This document shows, one piece after another, positions 11,986-24,516 of a stretch of DNA of 64,000 nucleotides (its first letter is position 1; each line of letters begins with the position of its first letter). Source of the stretch: TPA_inf: Saccharomyces (taxonomy: Eukaryota); NCBI GenBank assembly GCA_000146045.2, contig BK006949.2, positions 64,001 through 128,000 of the forward strand. The letters run 5' to 3'. The notes below the pieces were generated by a model, which was given only the letters and a program-made list of their open reading frames with translations, was not told the DNA's origin and did no database searches. Position numbers and translations under genes: made by a program.

Positions 11986-12223
11986 CTAGAGGAAAAAAAT
12001 AGAATATCTTATGTTAGTAACAAGCACACTAGTACTCACGTAGTATACGAGCAAAATAAATAAACAAAGACTCCACGGAGTACTGCAACGCTGGGTGCAG
12101 GATATAAACGATGTTTGCATATCTCTGGAGCTTAATCTCATCCTGTTTGTATTTCTGTTGTTGGCTTAGTGGTTCAGTTCATTTTGCTTTTGCTCTACAG
12201 TTCATTAGTTCAGGTAAACATAC
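11986..12223 (-). other. RPL36B: RPL36B intron (238 nt)
   Basis: 5' splice site GTATGT at 12223-12218 (minus strand), branch point TACTAAC (plus-strand gttagta at 12013-12019), acceptor TAG ending at 11986. Confidence 0.9.
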
Positions 12224-12239
12224 CAGTCTTGACAGCCAT
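12224..12239 (-). CDS. RPL36B: RPL36B exon 1 (ATG GCT GTC AAG ACT G)
   Basis: Minus-strand ATGGCTGTCAAGACTG immediately followed by GTATGT. Joined to exon 2 it gives MAVKTGIAIGLNKGKK..., a 100-aa L36. Confidence 0.9.
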
Positions 12240-12354
12240 TTTGTATTATCCTTGCTTCTCTATTCTGTTTTGACTATGGTAATACACGAACTTAAGACTT
12301 AACGCTAATTAAAACGAATATTCAAGAAATGCAATGATGTGCCTCTTCCTCTGC

Positions 12355-12373
12355 CTCTCTCTCTCTCTCTCTC
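12355..12373. repeat. (CT)9 / (GA)9 dinucleotide microsatellite in the RPL36B 5' region
   Basis: ctctctctctctctctctc read directly, about 115-135 bp upstream of the RPL36B ATG. Confidence 0.9.
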
Positions 12374-12530
12374 CTAGTGCATTCATGCTAGCTTCCCTCG
12401 TCGGGCTTCCCTGAACAGCCTTGGTTGGCAACCCAATGAAAAAGTTCCGCGCACGCGGTATGTGCGTCTTTCGCAACCAGACCTCTCGGTCATGGTCGTC
12501 TCCCGCACGGTAAAGCGGAAACAAAAACCC

Positions 12531-12553
12531 AACACATCCGTGGATGTACGGGT
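12531..12553. promoter_or_regulatory. Tandem or overlapping Rap1-type sites (RPG box) upstream of RPL36B
   Basis: acacatccgtggatgtacgggtg. Its reverse complement, CACCCGTACATCC, fits the ACACCCRTACAYY Rap1 consensus about 300 bp upstream of the ATG, which is typical for RP genes. Confidence 0.55.
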
Positions 12554-12668
12554 GAAAATACAGTCAAAAAAAAAACAACAACAACAACATTGTCTAAACG
12601 AGTCGTGATGCATTTTTTAACACAAATTGGAGAGGCACACAATGTGCACACAGCGCAAAACTATACAT

Positions 12669-15353
12669 CTATTTAAAAACTTTTTTAAAACCAGTCCAGC
12701 CTTTCCTCCCTTTAGCCTTAGAATCTCGTTCCAATAACGATGCCGTGGACACTTGCTCCTTATTGATGTTAATCAACTCATCGATTTCCGCTTGCAGTTC
12801 AGTGATTCTTTCCTCTAATTGGCCGTTCTCCCTCATCACCTCATTGTTCCTGGATATGGTCCTTTCCAAGTCTTCTCTCAGATCTGCCTTTGGTAGTGAC
12901 GCGTCCGGGTTCGGTAAATTTTGCTTGCGAATCTCTTCCTCAATTTGGCTTTTGATATCAGTGATTGTATTTATCAGGTCGTTTTTTTCATCCAACAGCA
13001 TCTCCATATTCAATCTGTTCTGAATCAGCTCGTTAGCGGCGCTGATATTCTCTTTGTTCAAAATTGAATAGTCGTGTTCTAGCTTCTGCGCCTCTCTTTG
13101 TAGTTGGTGGTTTTGAATTCTTAGTGATTCGTAGTGGTCCTCTTTTTTTTGCTCTTTTTCATGGATTTCTACGTACTCTCCCCTGTATCTTCTTAATGTT
13201 AATGGTGTGATATATACACCTGTCATTGCATCATGAACGAAAAGATCGACATTGTAGGAAAAAGTGCCGTCATCATTGCCCTTAAATGAGTTCCCATTTG
13301 ACAATCCCATTTGCACTACAGAAGCGTCATCCTGGTTTCCCATTAAATAGTAATTGAAGAGTTCGTCCTTTAAAAAATCCAATAGTTCATCGAATCTCAA
13401 TTTTACTAAAGTTTCTTCATTCTTTAACATTAAATTTACAGCAAACTTCAAAAGCACTTCAATACCCTCTACGAATACAATATCAAAAATTCTTAACACA
13501 AACTCTAACGGAAACTTGTATGCGAAAAATGTCAAAAACCATTGTGTAGCGTACATTGTGGAGCTAATTCCCTCACGGATCAAGCGATTGTACAAAGAAG
13601 GTGAATGCTCCTCTAATAATCTATCAAATTGATAAAGCATTAACATCAGCCCAGGCATTCCTGGTAAGAAAAGCTCTCTTAATCCATAATTCTTCATTAA
13701 TCCAACGAGTAGTCCAAAAGATTCGGCCTCGTTTTCACAGTTTATTAATAGCGGCGCTGCAATGAACCCCATGCCTTGCGTGTACCCAACATCTGGATCA
13801 TAAACAGAATACACCTTTATTACCTTGTATAGTGACTCCATTTTGTCCTCGGCCACAAACTTCGTTCTCCTTAAATCTCTACGTATTGTTGCTTCATGAA
13901 GACATTCGGTATCCAATAGAGTTTCATATATATCTTCCATTTCTCTTGATTTGGAATTCGCCATCAGCTGCCAAATGATACCTCGAATTTGTGGTGGTAT
14001 CCCATTGGTAACATGGGCTTCTAAATTTTCTGGTTCGTTGCTTGCCACTGTAGCATAATCATTAACTACTTGAGTCCAGAAGGACCAATCAATTTTAAAC
14101 ATTTCTCTATCTTCTTCATTAACATTCTCCACTTCGTTATACTCGGACAAGTTCTCCAGAAATGACGTAAATGTCGATTTTAAAAAGCTTTGACCTTCCT
14201 GCAACGACTCTCTAGTTTCTTCCCCCTCTTTATTCAAATGGTGACTGGTCTTGCGGTAACGACTAGCGATCAAATTAATTTCTGCAGTGGACTCTAATTG
14301 CGCAGTTTTGGAACCAGTGAGAGGAACATGATGATAACTATTTCTTTTAGTTTCTTCGAAGTTTTTACGGAACTTCTCTGACTTCATTTCTTCCTCTAGT
14401 GGCGGTGGAACAGCATTCTTCGTCTTCGGTGGTTGTTCCCTTTGTTTGCCCCTTGGAGGTAATTTTGGTGACGTTGATGTCGCAACATTTTGTCTAGGTG
14501 GTAATGGTGGCGAAGATGTAGTGGGAATTGCGGAAACCTCGTTCTCGCTTGAGTTATCACCTTTTTCATTTATGATTTGTGTGGGTATAGGTGGTACTTT
14601 CCTAGCAGTTTCTGAGGAAAGATTCTCTGCTGTTACGGGCCCATCTTCTATAGCAGCTTTTTGTTCCTTGTTTTCATTCAAGTTTATTCCTGCGGCTACC
14701 TCATTGGTAATATGAATCTGGTTATTATCATTTTCTGACGACCTTTCTGGGGTTACTTCACTACTTATAGAAATGTCGTTCGCATTTGCAGCTGTCGTAG
14801 TACCAGATTCGTCATCGAGAAATTTACTCGAGGATGATTTCTCACCTCCAGAATTTTTTCCAGTTACTTCCCTATTTTCTGGACTACTAACAACCTCTTT
14901 CGTATCAGCGTAAACCTTCTCATTCTCTTTGACTGCATCATATTCTTTTTCAATATTCAGCCCATTTGGGGCTTGCACATCCGTTGTCACATCTTTTTCA
15001 ACATCCAATGGCTCATTTAAATCAATTTCAGAACTAGGTTCTCTCGTTTCTTGCCTTTGTTCATTAACGTTTTGTTCAGTGATTTGGGTGTCTTCATCAC
15101 CAGAGATCCCAATAGGTTCTTCTCTTGATACATTTGTGGGTGCTTCATGGCCTAAACTTTGTTGCTTGTCATTTAGTTCTTTGTCCGAATGGAGGGGCTC
15201 AGTTGGAATTATAGCTATCTCTTCATATTGGTCTGATGGCGTTGATTTTATCTCTTCCTCCATTGAACCCAAATTATTCGAATGATTATCACCTTCGTGA
15301 ACTTCAGAGGCGATCGTATCTGTATTTTTCTCAATAGATTTGTCTGAAGACAT
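12669..15353 (-). CDS. GYP5: Rab GTPase-activating protein Gyp5 (894 aa)
   Basis: ATG ORF with a TBC domain carrying Arg-finger IRRDLRRT and Gln-finger YTQGMGF motifs, plus a C-terminal coiled coil. Confidence 0.92.
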   Translation of the reverse strand: MSSDKSIEKNTDTIASEVHEGDNHSNNLGSMEEEIKSTPSDQYEEIAIIPTEPLHSDKELNDKQQSLGHEAPTNVSREEPIGISGDEDTQITEQNVNEQRQETREPSSEIDLNEPLDVEKDVTTDVQAPNGLNIEKEYDAVKENEKVYADTKEVVSSPENREVTGKNSGGEKSSSSKFLDDESGTTTAANANDISISSEVTPERSSENDNNQIHITNEVAAGINLNENKEQKAAIEDGPVTAENLSSETARKVPPIPTQIINEKGDNSSENEVSAIPTTSSPPLPPRQNVATSTSPKLPPRGKQREQPPKTKNAVPPPLEEEMKSEKFRKNFEETKRNSYHHVPLTGSKTAQLESTAEINLIASRYRKTSHHLNKEGEETRESLQEGQSFLKSTFTSFLENLSEYNEVENVNEEDREMFKIDWSFWTQVVNDYATVASNEPENLEAHVTNGIPPQIRGIIWQLMANSKSREMEDIYETLLDTECLHEATIRRDLRRTKFVAEDKMESLYKVIKVYSVYDPDVGYTQGMGFIAAPLLINCENEAESFGLLVGLMKNYGLRELFLPGMPGLMLMLYQFDRLLEEHSPSLYNRLIREGISSTMYATQWFLTFFAYKFPLEFVLRIFDIVFVEGIEVLLKFAVNLMLKNEETLVKLRFDELLDFLKDELFNYYLMGNQDDASVVQMGLSNGNSFKGNDDGTFSYNVDLFVHDAMTGVYITPLTLRRYRGEYVEIHEKEQKKEDHYESLRIQNHQLQREAQKLEHDYSILNKENISAANELIQNRLNMEMLLDEKNDLINTITDIKSQIEEEIRKQNLPNPDASLPKADLREDLERTISRNNEVMRENGQLEERITELQAEIDELININKEQVSTASLLERDSKAKGRKGWTGFKKVFK

Positions 15354-15710
15354 TGCTCTATTAACGTTCTACTTTACACTGGTGGTAGGAGCTGTTTTAT
15401 TTTGAGTATTAACTAATCAATCTCAATTACGTTCGATCCAAACCCTTTTTTTTCGTTATATGAGCGAAGCTTCTGAATAAGCCCTCGTAATATATTTTCA
15501 TGAAGAATTTAGGTCCAAAAAAAAGATGGGCATTAATTCTAGTCATTTAAAAAATTCTATAGATCAGAGGTTACATGGCCAAGATTGAAACTTAGAGGAG
15601 TATAGTTACATAAAAGAAGGCAAAACGATGTATAAATGAAAGAAATTGAGATGGTGCACGATGCACAGTTGAAGTGAACTTGCGGGGTTTTTCAGTATCT
15701 ACGATTCATT

Positions 15711-18359
<2,649 letters not shown>

Positions 18360-18433
18360 TCAGGAGGCTTGCTTCTCTGTCCTCTCTTAAAATGATGGCG
18401 TGCATTACGTAGACACAATCTGGAGATGAAGCT

Positions 18434-18445
18434 GAAAATCTGGGG
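18434..18445. promoter_or_regulatory. Mig1-type site (AT-rich + CTGGGG) in the GAL4 upstream region
   Basis: gaaaatCTGGGG, about 80-90 bp upstream of the GAL4 ATG. The GAL4 promoter is known to be glucose-repressed via Mig1. Confidence 0.4.
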
Positions 18446-18624
18446 AAGGATGACGGAAAAAATAGCTCATAAAACAGAAAAAGGCCCGAAGTAACAATAG
18501 GAAAAATTAATTGCACTAAACAAAGAAAACGATATTATGGTGATTAAACTGATACAGAATTATGTAAATACTTTGAAATTATAGAAGGTTTGTAGAATAA
18601 AAAAAATACTGGGCGAATGCTGTC

Positions 18625-20196
18625 TCAAAGGACGCGGACGTTTTGAAACTTCTTGCCGCTCACGCACCCAAACCAATCGCCCCTCTGGGGCCTCCATGCA
18701 ATGTTGTTTATCTCTTGTGTTTTATTGGCATACATCATGTTAGGAGTCTCTAGTGTCTTGCACACCTGCTTGCTGTTGTTGTTTAAACTTAAGGGATCCT
18801 CGTTTAAACCGGATCCTGCGCCACCGTCTGTCATCTCTGTGTCGCCGTCAGGGTCCTCCAAGGAAGTTCCATGAATACTGGGGGATTTGCTACCTGCAGC
18901 GTTAATTTCCATAAAGGAGCTGTTCAAGTCCCAATAGAGCACCTGGCAGTCATCTCCGCACGAGAGCAAAACATTGCGCTTTGTGGGATGCCATTTAATC
19001 CCGTTTACCGAAGAACCGTGGCCTTGTAAGTTTAGTATAGGGGATTCTGGGTTCCTCATATCTAGAATAATGATTTTGTTCGAGTCAGCTGCAAAAGTGG
19101 CCAACACATTTGGGTCATACGGTGATGGCTCCAGCCTCAATAAGGCGTCCGAACCTTTCGACGACGGTGTTATAGTACCCGCAGTGGCTCCAGACACTGA
19201 GGAAGAGGGAGGCTCGTAAATAATTGTACTGTGCGCAAGCGATCTTAAATCAAATACTCGTACACTACCGTCCCCACCACAACTAGCAAATAATTGGGTC
19301 GATTTTGTCAAAAACCTTACATCAAAAACTTCGCTGTCGTGAGCGATCAATTGGGTCTTAACGTAGTGACTGCTTTGCAGATCCCATACAATGCATGTGG
19401 TGTCGATGGAACTTGAGATTATCAAGTTAGTATCGACCGTGTTCCAGTCAAATGATGTTATTGGTGGGAAAGTGCCTATGACCTTCATGTCATCTGCGGC
19501 CGCGGGATTGGCGGGGTGCTGTCTATTGTATTTACACAGAGATAGATTTATTTGTTCTTGGAACTGTCTTTCCTCAGGGCTAACGCTCCAAATCCGTAAG
19601 GAGTCAGAACACGTCGCGAGTTTCCTTGGATACAATTGAGAGGGGACCCATTGGATTTTGCTCACAGGATAAACCACATCTGCGTCCACTACGCTTTCCC
19701 AGCTCAGTAGATCATTAGAGTGCAGAACCTGCAACTTATTTCTGCTGTCCTCTTTGTACGAACCCAAGCAGACGTAGTCGTCGGCGCTCCAATCGAGCCC
19801 AAAGAGTGGATAGTGTGATTGATATTCGCACACGGAGGCCATGGAAGGGTTCATCAGATTGCTTACAACCGGAATATTTGCAGCATAGCCCCTCGCCTGC
19901 TGTAACTGAGAATGATTTGGTGAAAAAACTGGTGGCGAGAAATCTAACGGTGAATACATCGGCGATCGACTTGCATAGTACGTGGCACTTAGGTCACAGC
20001 CACTATTCCTTTTGCTGTTACCGCCATTGGTAGTGTTGCCAGACATTCCAAAGGGAGATGGGCCTCTACCTTGATCTTGTGCCGCCGAGGAAGGCCCATT
20101 AGTACCACTCAAGTAATTGTTCTTGTTATATGGCTGCCGCTGCGATGAGCCAAACGATATTGAGCTCCTTTTATTGCCATTGTGAAAGGGATCCAT
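18625..20196 (-). CDS. YPL247C: WD40-repeat protein YPL247C (523 aa; DCAF7/WDR68-like)
   Basis: ATG ORF. WD repeats span the whole protein, with an N-terminal low-complexity region. Confidence 0.88.
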   Translation of the reverse strand: MDPFHNGNKRSSISFGSSQRQPYNKNNYLSGTNGPSSAAQDQGRGPSPFGMSGNTTNGGNSKRNSGCDLSATYYASRSPMYSPLDFSPPVFSPNHSQLQQARGYAANIPVVSNLMNPSMASVCEYQSHYPLFGLDWSADDYVCLGSYKEDSRNKLQVLHSNDLLSWESVVDADVVYPVSKIQWVPSQLYPRKLATCSDSLRIWSVSPEERQFQEQINLSLCKYNRQHPANPAAADDMKVIGTFPPITSFDWNTVDTNLIISSSIDTTCIVWDLQSSHYVKTQLIAHDSEVFDVRFLTKSTQLFASCGGDGSVRVFDLRSLAHSTIIYEPPSSSVSGATAGTITPSSKGSDALLRLEPSPYDPNVLATFAADSNKIIILDMRNPESPILNLQGHGSSVNGIKWHPTKRNVLLSCGDDCQVLYWDLNSSFMEINAAGSKSPSIHGTSLEDPDGDTEMTDGGAGSGLNEDPLSLNNNSKQVCKTLETPNMMYANKTQEINNIAWRPQRGDWFGCVSGKKFQNVRVL

Positions 20197-20508
20197 TTGA
20201 AGGGCGTGTATTTGCTCCTATAATTCCTTTCCTTCTTGTTGTCTGTTGACCCTTTAGGTTGTATGCCACTCTCGAAAACCTAAAGAACTGATTACTAAAT
20301 TATTTATACAAGATTTCAGATGACAAGATGGTTCACCCCTTGCCCCTGGTCTTCCTCCCAGTAATTATTCATATTCCATTTTTTTTCATAAACGCACGCT
20401 AAGGAAAAAGAAGAGACTGAAAATTCTTGCATATTAGAATATAAAATGATATATACTACATTTATATACATCCTTAAACTGTGAAAGAAAGAATAGCGAT
20501 ACAAATGT

Positions 20509-21297
20509 CTAGGCAGTCCCTAGGACAGTGCCGGAGTTGTCATTGTGGAGAGGCAATGGTGTTTCTGTGGACATTAACGGTTCGTAATCTTTAGTTCTGT
20601 CGATATCCTCATCTCTGTAATACTTAATTCCCCAAGGTATTAATCGAATTAAACCGTCTAAACTTTTTTCGATTTTGGTGATGATCCATCCTGGTGGAGT
20701 GATCTTGTTAAACCACGATTCCTTGTAGCCTATGGCGTAACCGACACATAAGCCGAAAAAATGACCCCAGAAACTGGAGCCAGGTATAACGACGGCAATT
20801 GCGACTAATAGTACTAGGGGTGTATATAATGTCGGAATTGAGTAGTCTGTGCGAAAGATCCTTGTTCTAGGGCGGATCTGTGATTCTTTAAAACTATAGT
20901 ATGCGAATAAGGTGAAACACCACCCACTGGCGCCTGCAACTAATGCTTCTGGATATAGCAACTTACCCAACAAACAGTACAGAATTCCGGCAAATAGAGC
21001 ACTCAGGTTCAAAAAAACACCTGTGTACACAGTCCCATGCGTTTCTTCGAAGAGATTCAAGGGTGCCCAGATGGCTAGCACATTGAACAGTAAATGAGGC
21101 AATGATAGGTGAATTAAAGGATAAAGCGATAGCCTGCTCATTTGCAGTTTGAACAATGACTCTGGCGCCAACGACAGGTCTTCCCTTAGGGCAAAAATAA
21201 AACTTAACAGGTAAATAGCGGTTAGAAATACCACAAGGCCTGTGGTCAACGCAGCTGGTGGATGACCACCGGGAAAAACGTACGACTTCCAATTCAT
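20509..21297 (-). CDS. RBD2: Rhomboid-family protein Rbd2 (262 aa)
   Basis: The track ORF starts at GTG (21315); the first ATG at 21297 gives MNWKSYVFPGGHPP. Multi-pass membrane protein with a GASGW Ser motif and a downstream His (WGHFFG). Confidence 0.88.
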   Translation of the reverse strand: MNWKSYVFPGGHPPAALTTGLVVFLTAIYLLSFIFALREDLSLAPESLFKLQMSRLSLYPLIHLSLPHLLFNVLAIWAPLNLFEETHGTVYTGVFLNLSALFAGILYCLLGKLLYPEALVAGASGWCFTLFAYYSFKESQIRPRTRIFRTDYSIPTLYTPLVLLVAIAVVIPGSSFWGHFFGLCVGYAIGYKESWFNKITPPGWIITKIEKSLDGLIRLIPWGIKYYRDEDIDRTKDYEPLMSTETPLPLHNDNSGTVLGTA

Positions 21298-21402
21298 AGC
21301 ACGACCAAATAGCACAACCTAACAACCAGAGTGAATTGCTGTTCTCAGTGCTTCCAATTAAGCCTTTCCCATCCCCCTATTCTTCTTGTATCGATGCAGT
21401 TC

Positions 21403-21419
21403 AAAAAAAAAAAAAAAAA
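21403..21419. repeat. poly(dA:dT) tract, A17
   Basis: 17 consecutive A in the RBD2/YPL245W divergent promoter. A classic nucleosome-excluding element. Confidence 0.95.
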
Positions 21420-21585
21420 GAGGCTTTAGATCTCAAAGGGCCGAAAAAAGTGAAAAATTTTCTCGAGAAATCATAAAAGCAGCCATCGCCATATATAAAC
21501 AATCTATGCATATGTATGCAGCATGGCATCGCATCTTTCTTGGCGACCCGGTAGTAGCATTTAACTTCCATTAGAACCATATAAA

Positions 21586-22950
21586 ATGCATGGGCCTACT
21601 TCAAAAGCTATTTCCCGCAATGTGAGAAGCGTGAAGAGACCAAGAAGAGCACCTAGGCCCGTGGTCTCCACGCAGGCTATGAACAAGTTGTCTAACGTAA
21701 CACTCTCTGCTGAACAAGAAAAGTTGAGAGAGCGCGTTTTGTCGTTCATGCGTTCCAACTTATCTCAGTACAAGTCTGACTGGAAACATCCGGCCATGTT
21801 TGTAATCCAAGGGGACGCAGGTACAGGCAAGTCTGTGATTCTAAACTCCTTGTTCAATGAAATTCAGAAACTATCCCAGTTCTCACCTTCTTCTGAAGAT
21901 ATCTTACATGGGACACATAATTATCTGGTAGTCAACCATCCCGAGATGTTAAAGTTATATATCCGGATTAGTGACAGTTTCAAATATATTTCTAAATCGT
22001 CACTAGAACGGCCCACTTCGTTGATCAACAATCTACAGAAGAGAAAAGTCATGGCCGATGTAGTCATTGTAGATGAAGCACATTTGTTGGCCACTTCTAA
22101 GGATGCTTTCAAAAGATTTTATGGCGAAAACCATCTCAAAGACTTAATGTCCCTTTGTAAAGTGCTTGTATTGGTTTACGATGATAAGCAAGCTTTAAGA
22201 ATGGGTTCCTATTGGGATGAAGGTTCTAATAACGGTGCCACTTTAAAGGACTTTTACAACGAGATTCCACCAAAATCCAGAGACTGGTACACTTTAAAAC
22301 AGCAGTTTAGGGTTGCTGCCCCACAAAACGTGTTGAACTGGATTGACCAAATTAGTGTCGCAGGTAAAATCCCACCAATTGAATCTGTGCTATCTAAGGG
22401 CAATGCAGATTGTGCTGACGATAAAATTAAGAATTTTGATTTCAAAATTTGGGATGATTGTGGCGCCATGTACGAGGCAATCAAGGAGAAAGACCGTCAA
22501 TACGGCCAATGTAGGATGCTATCTACTTACGATTTTCCCTATCGCTTGGACGGAAAAGACTATTACGTTGAATGTGGTGACAATTTCAAAGTTCGCTGGG
22601 ATCGCTATACTCCACGTGAAGTGACGCCTTGGAGTGAGCGTTGCGACACGATTGATGAGGTAGGTAGTGTGTATACTATCCAAGGGTTTGATCTGAATTA
22701 TGCTGGTGTAATTTTGGGCCGTTCCATTGGGTATGATGCGGCTAATGACTGCATCAAACTAAGACCAGAGCTGTATGACGATAGGGCCGGTTTCACCAAA
22801 AAGAAAAACATTCACAATGCAGAGGACGTTAAGCAAAAGATTATTATGAATAGCATTAATGTCCTCTTAACTCGTGGCGTGCGTGGTCTGTATGTTTATG
22901 CATACGATCCTGAATTAAGAGAGAGACTGCTTCGTCCATCAAAAAAATAG
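21586..22950 (+). CDS. YPL245W: Uncharacterised protein YPL245W (454 aa) with P-loop NTPase motifs
   Basis: ATG ORF with Walker A GDAGTGKS, Walker B/DEAH VVIVDEAHLL and a C-terminal LLTRGVRG motif. Confidence 0.88.
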   Translation: MHGPTSKAISRNVRSVKRPRRAPRPVVSTQAMNKLSNVTLSAEQEKLRERVLSFMRSNLSQYKSDWKHPAMFVIQGDAGTGKSVILNSLFNEIQKLSQFSPSSEDILHGTHNYLVVNHPEMLKLYIRISDSFKYISKSSLERPTSLINNLQKRKVMADVVIVDEAHLLATSKDAFKRFYGENHLKDLMSLCKVLVLVYDDKQALRMGSYWDEGSNNGATLKDFYNEIPPKSRDWYTLKQQFRVAAPQNVLNWIDQISVAGKIPPIESVLSKGNADCADDKIKNFDFKIWDDCGAMYEAIKEKDRQYGQCRMLSTYDFPYRLDGKDYYVECGDNFKVRWDRYTPREVTPWSERCDTIDEVGSVYTIQGFDLNYAGVILGRSIGYDAANDCIKLRPELYDDRAGFTKKKNIHNAEDVKQKIIMNSINVLLTRGVRGLYVYAYDPELRERLLRPSKK

Positions 22951-23013
22951 GAAGTACATAGTATAGACAAATTTTATAAATATTAACTTTTATTTGTTGC
23001 GATCTTCACTAAT

Positions 23014-24033
23014 CTACGCAGATTTTGCCTTCGGTATATTAGCCTTCTTCTTGTTGAGTGCTTCCCAAGTGATTCCACCAAATACTATAAACATCCCCAC
23101 CCATTGCTGGAAACGTACACTCTTACCGAAGACAATAATACTCAAAATCATCGAGACCATTTTCCTGGTGACTGTTATCATGATCAAAACTAAAGAGCCA
23201 AATTGTTCTAGAGTATAGAAAATAAAGCATTGTCCCATAGCGCCACAGAACGAATAAAGCATTAAATAGCCCCACACTTGTGGGTCCATCGTCAATACAG
23301 AAACGGCATTATCCCATTGTTTGCAGTCGATCACAATAAAATACAAAATATTCCACAATATCACGAAGAGGTTCAGTGTAAACATCAAGTGTGCACCTGT
23401 TATCAAAGTTTGTTTTCCCTTTTCTTTGGCCTTATTGGCCTTTAGTAGCTTATCTTGGGTGGCGTTGGTCAATCCATCAAGGAATAAACTAGAGAAAAGT
23501 AGTCCAAACCCTTGTAATTTGTTATCATTTCCGCTCTCATTAAAGGATCTCTTCAACTTTTTACCATCGTTGCCACCTATAGTGAAAATAGTGACACCGA
23601 GACTTACCAAGAGAGCTACAACTTTTTTTTGGCTTGCTATGGGCGTCCTATACAAAAGCAAATGCACCAACAACACGGGGATCATCTTGCATGACTTTGC
23701 TAACATGTAAGTGAGATAATCCACGTGCTTTAAAGAAGTTGTAGCCAGCGGGCCTGAACTACTCTGTGTAAATGATATCAACATCAATTGTTTCCAATGA
23801 TCTTTAATCATTTTTCTGGGCGGATATTCCACCTTCTTCCAGTTTAAGTACAGGTAGCCCATCATCATTGCCACAGAAGCTTGTATGAGGGATATTACAT
23901 TAGGGAATTGAAACTTTCCCATGGAGTTTGGCCAGGTTCTTGTAGCCAAAGGCTCCTGTACTAATGCCCACGTCAAAAAAGTAGCATATATACCAATCGC
24001 ACAGATCACCAAACTGGATGTACTTCCCGCCAT
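23014..24033 (-). CDS. HUT1: UDP-galactose/nucleotide-sugar transporter homologue Hut1 (339 aa)
   Basis: ATG ORF, roughly 10-TM nucleotide-sugar transporter fold, C-terminal KKxx-like tail, correct length. Confidence 0.9.
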   Translation of the reverse strand: MAGSTSSLVICAIGIYATFLTWALVQEPLATRTWPNSMGKFQFPNVISLIQASVAMMMGYLYLNWKKVEYPPRKMIKDHWKQLMLISFTQSSSGPLATTSLKHVDYLTYMLAKSCKMIPVLLVHLLLYRTPIASQKKVVALLVSLGVTIFTIGGNDGKKLKRSFNESGNDNKLQGFGLLFSSLFLDGLTNATQDKLLKANKAKEKGKQTLITGAHLMFTLNLFVILWNILYFIVIDCKQWDNAVSVLTMDPQVWGYLMLYSFCGAMGQCFIFYTLEQFGSLVLIMITVTRKMVSMILSIIVFGKSVRFQQWVGMFIVFGGITWEALNKKKANIPKAKSA

Positions 24034-24516
24034 ACAAATATACGAATACTGCCTTGTTTACTTCTTCTTGTTACGTTGTAATTCTGGTTCTAATTACATT
24101 GCTGTCATTTTTTCATGTTCGATGGGATCTACAAAACAACCTTTAGAAGCGATCTCAGGGAAGCTTTGGAAGAGAAACAGCTGATGATTCTGGCATTCCA
24201 CAAACTACAACAACGAACCAAACGACATATTCCATTGCAGTGATTTGATTGGGAGTAAGCTTTTATAAACGAGCAGACCAATATGATTTACGTAGTATTT
24301 CGTTGTCTTTACCACATCGTTGTTCGTGATAAGTTCTGAAAATTTTTTTTGGAGTATATTTGCTAGAGTTAATCCAACAATATTAGCATAAACGAGCAGC
24401 TGGAGACTAGGTTATTTGAATTATTTGAGCATCAAAGTGATCAATTGTATTATATTACAGTGTAATTTTCTTTTTTTCCATATTGAATCAAAAACTAGCC
24501 ACGCTTGAAACTAAAG

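Noticed and set aside
15425-15452. tRNA B-box-like GTTCGATCC followed by a T8 run (possible Pol III gene or relic) in the GYP5-GAL4 spacer
   Set aside because: There is no T-stem complementarity around the motif and no upstream A-box, D-arm or acceptor stem, so it cannot be folded into a cloverleaf. It is likely chance plus a 3' UTR T-tract.
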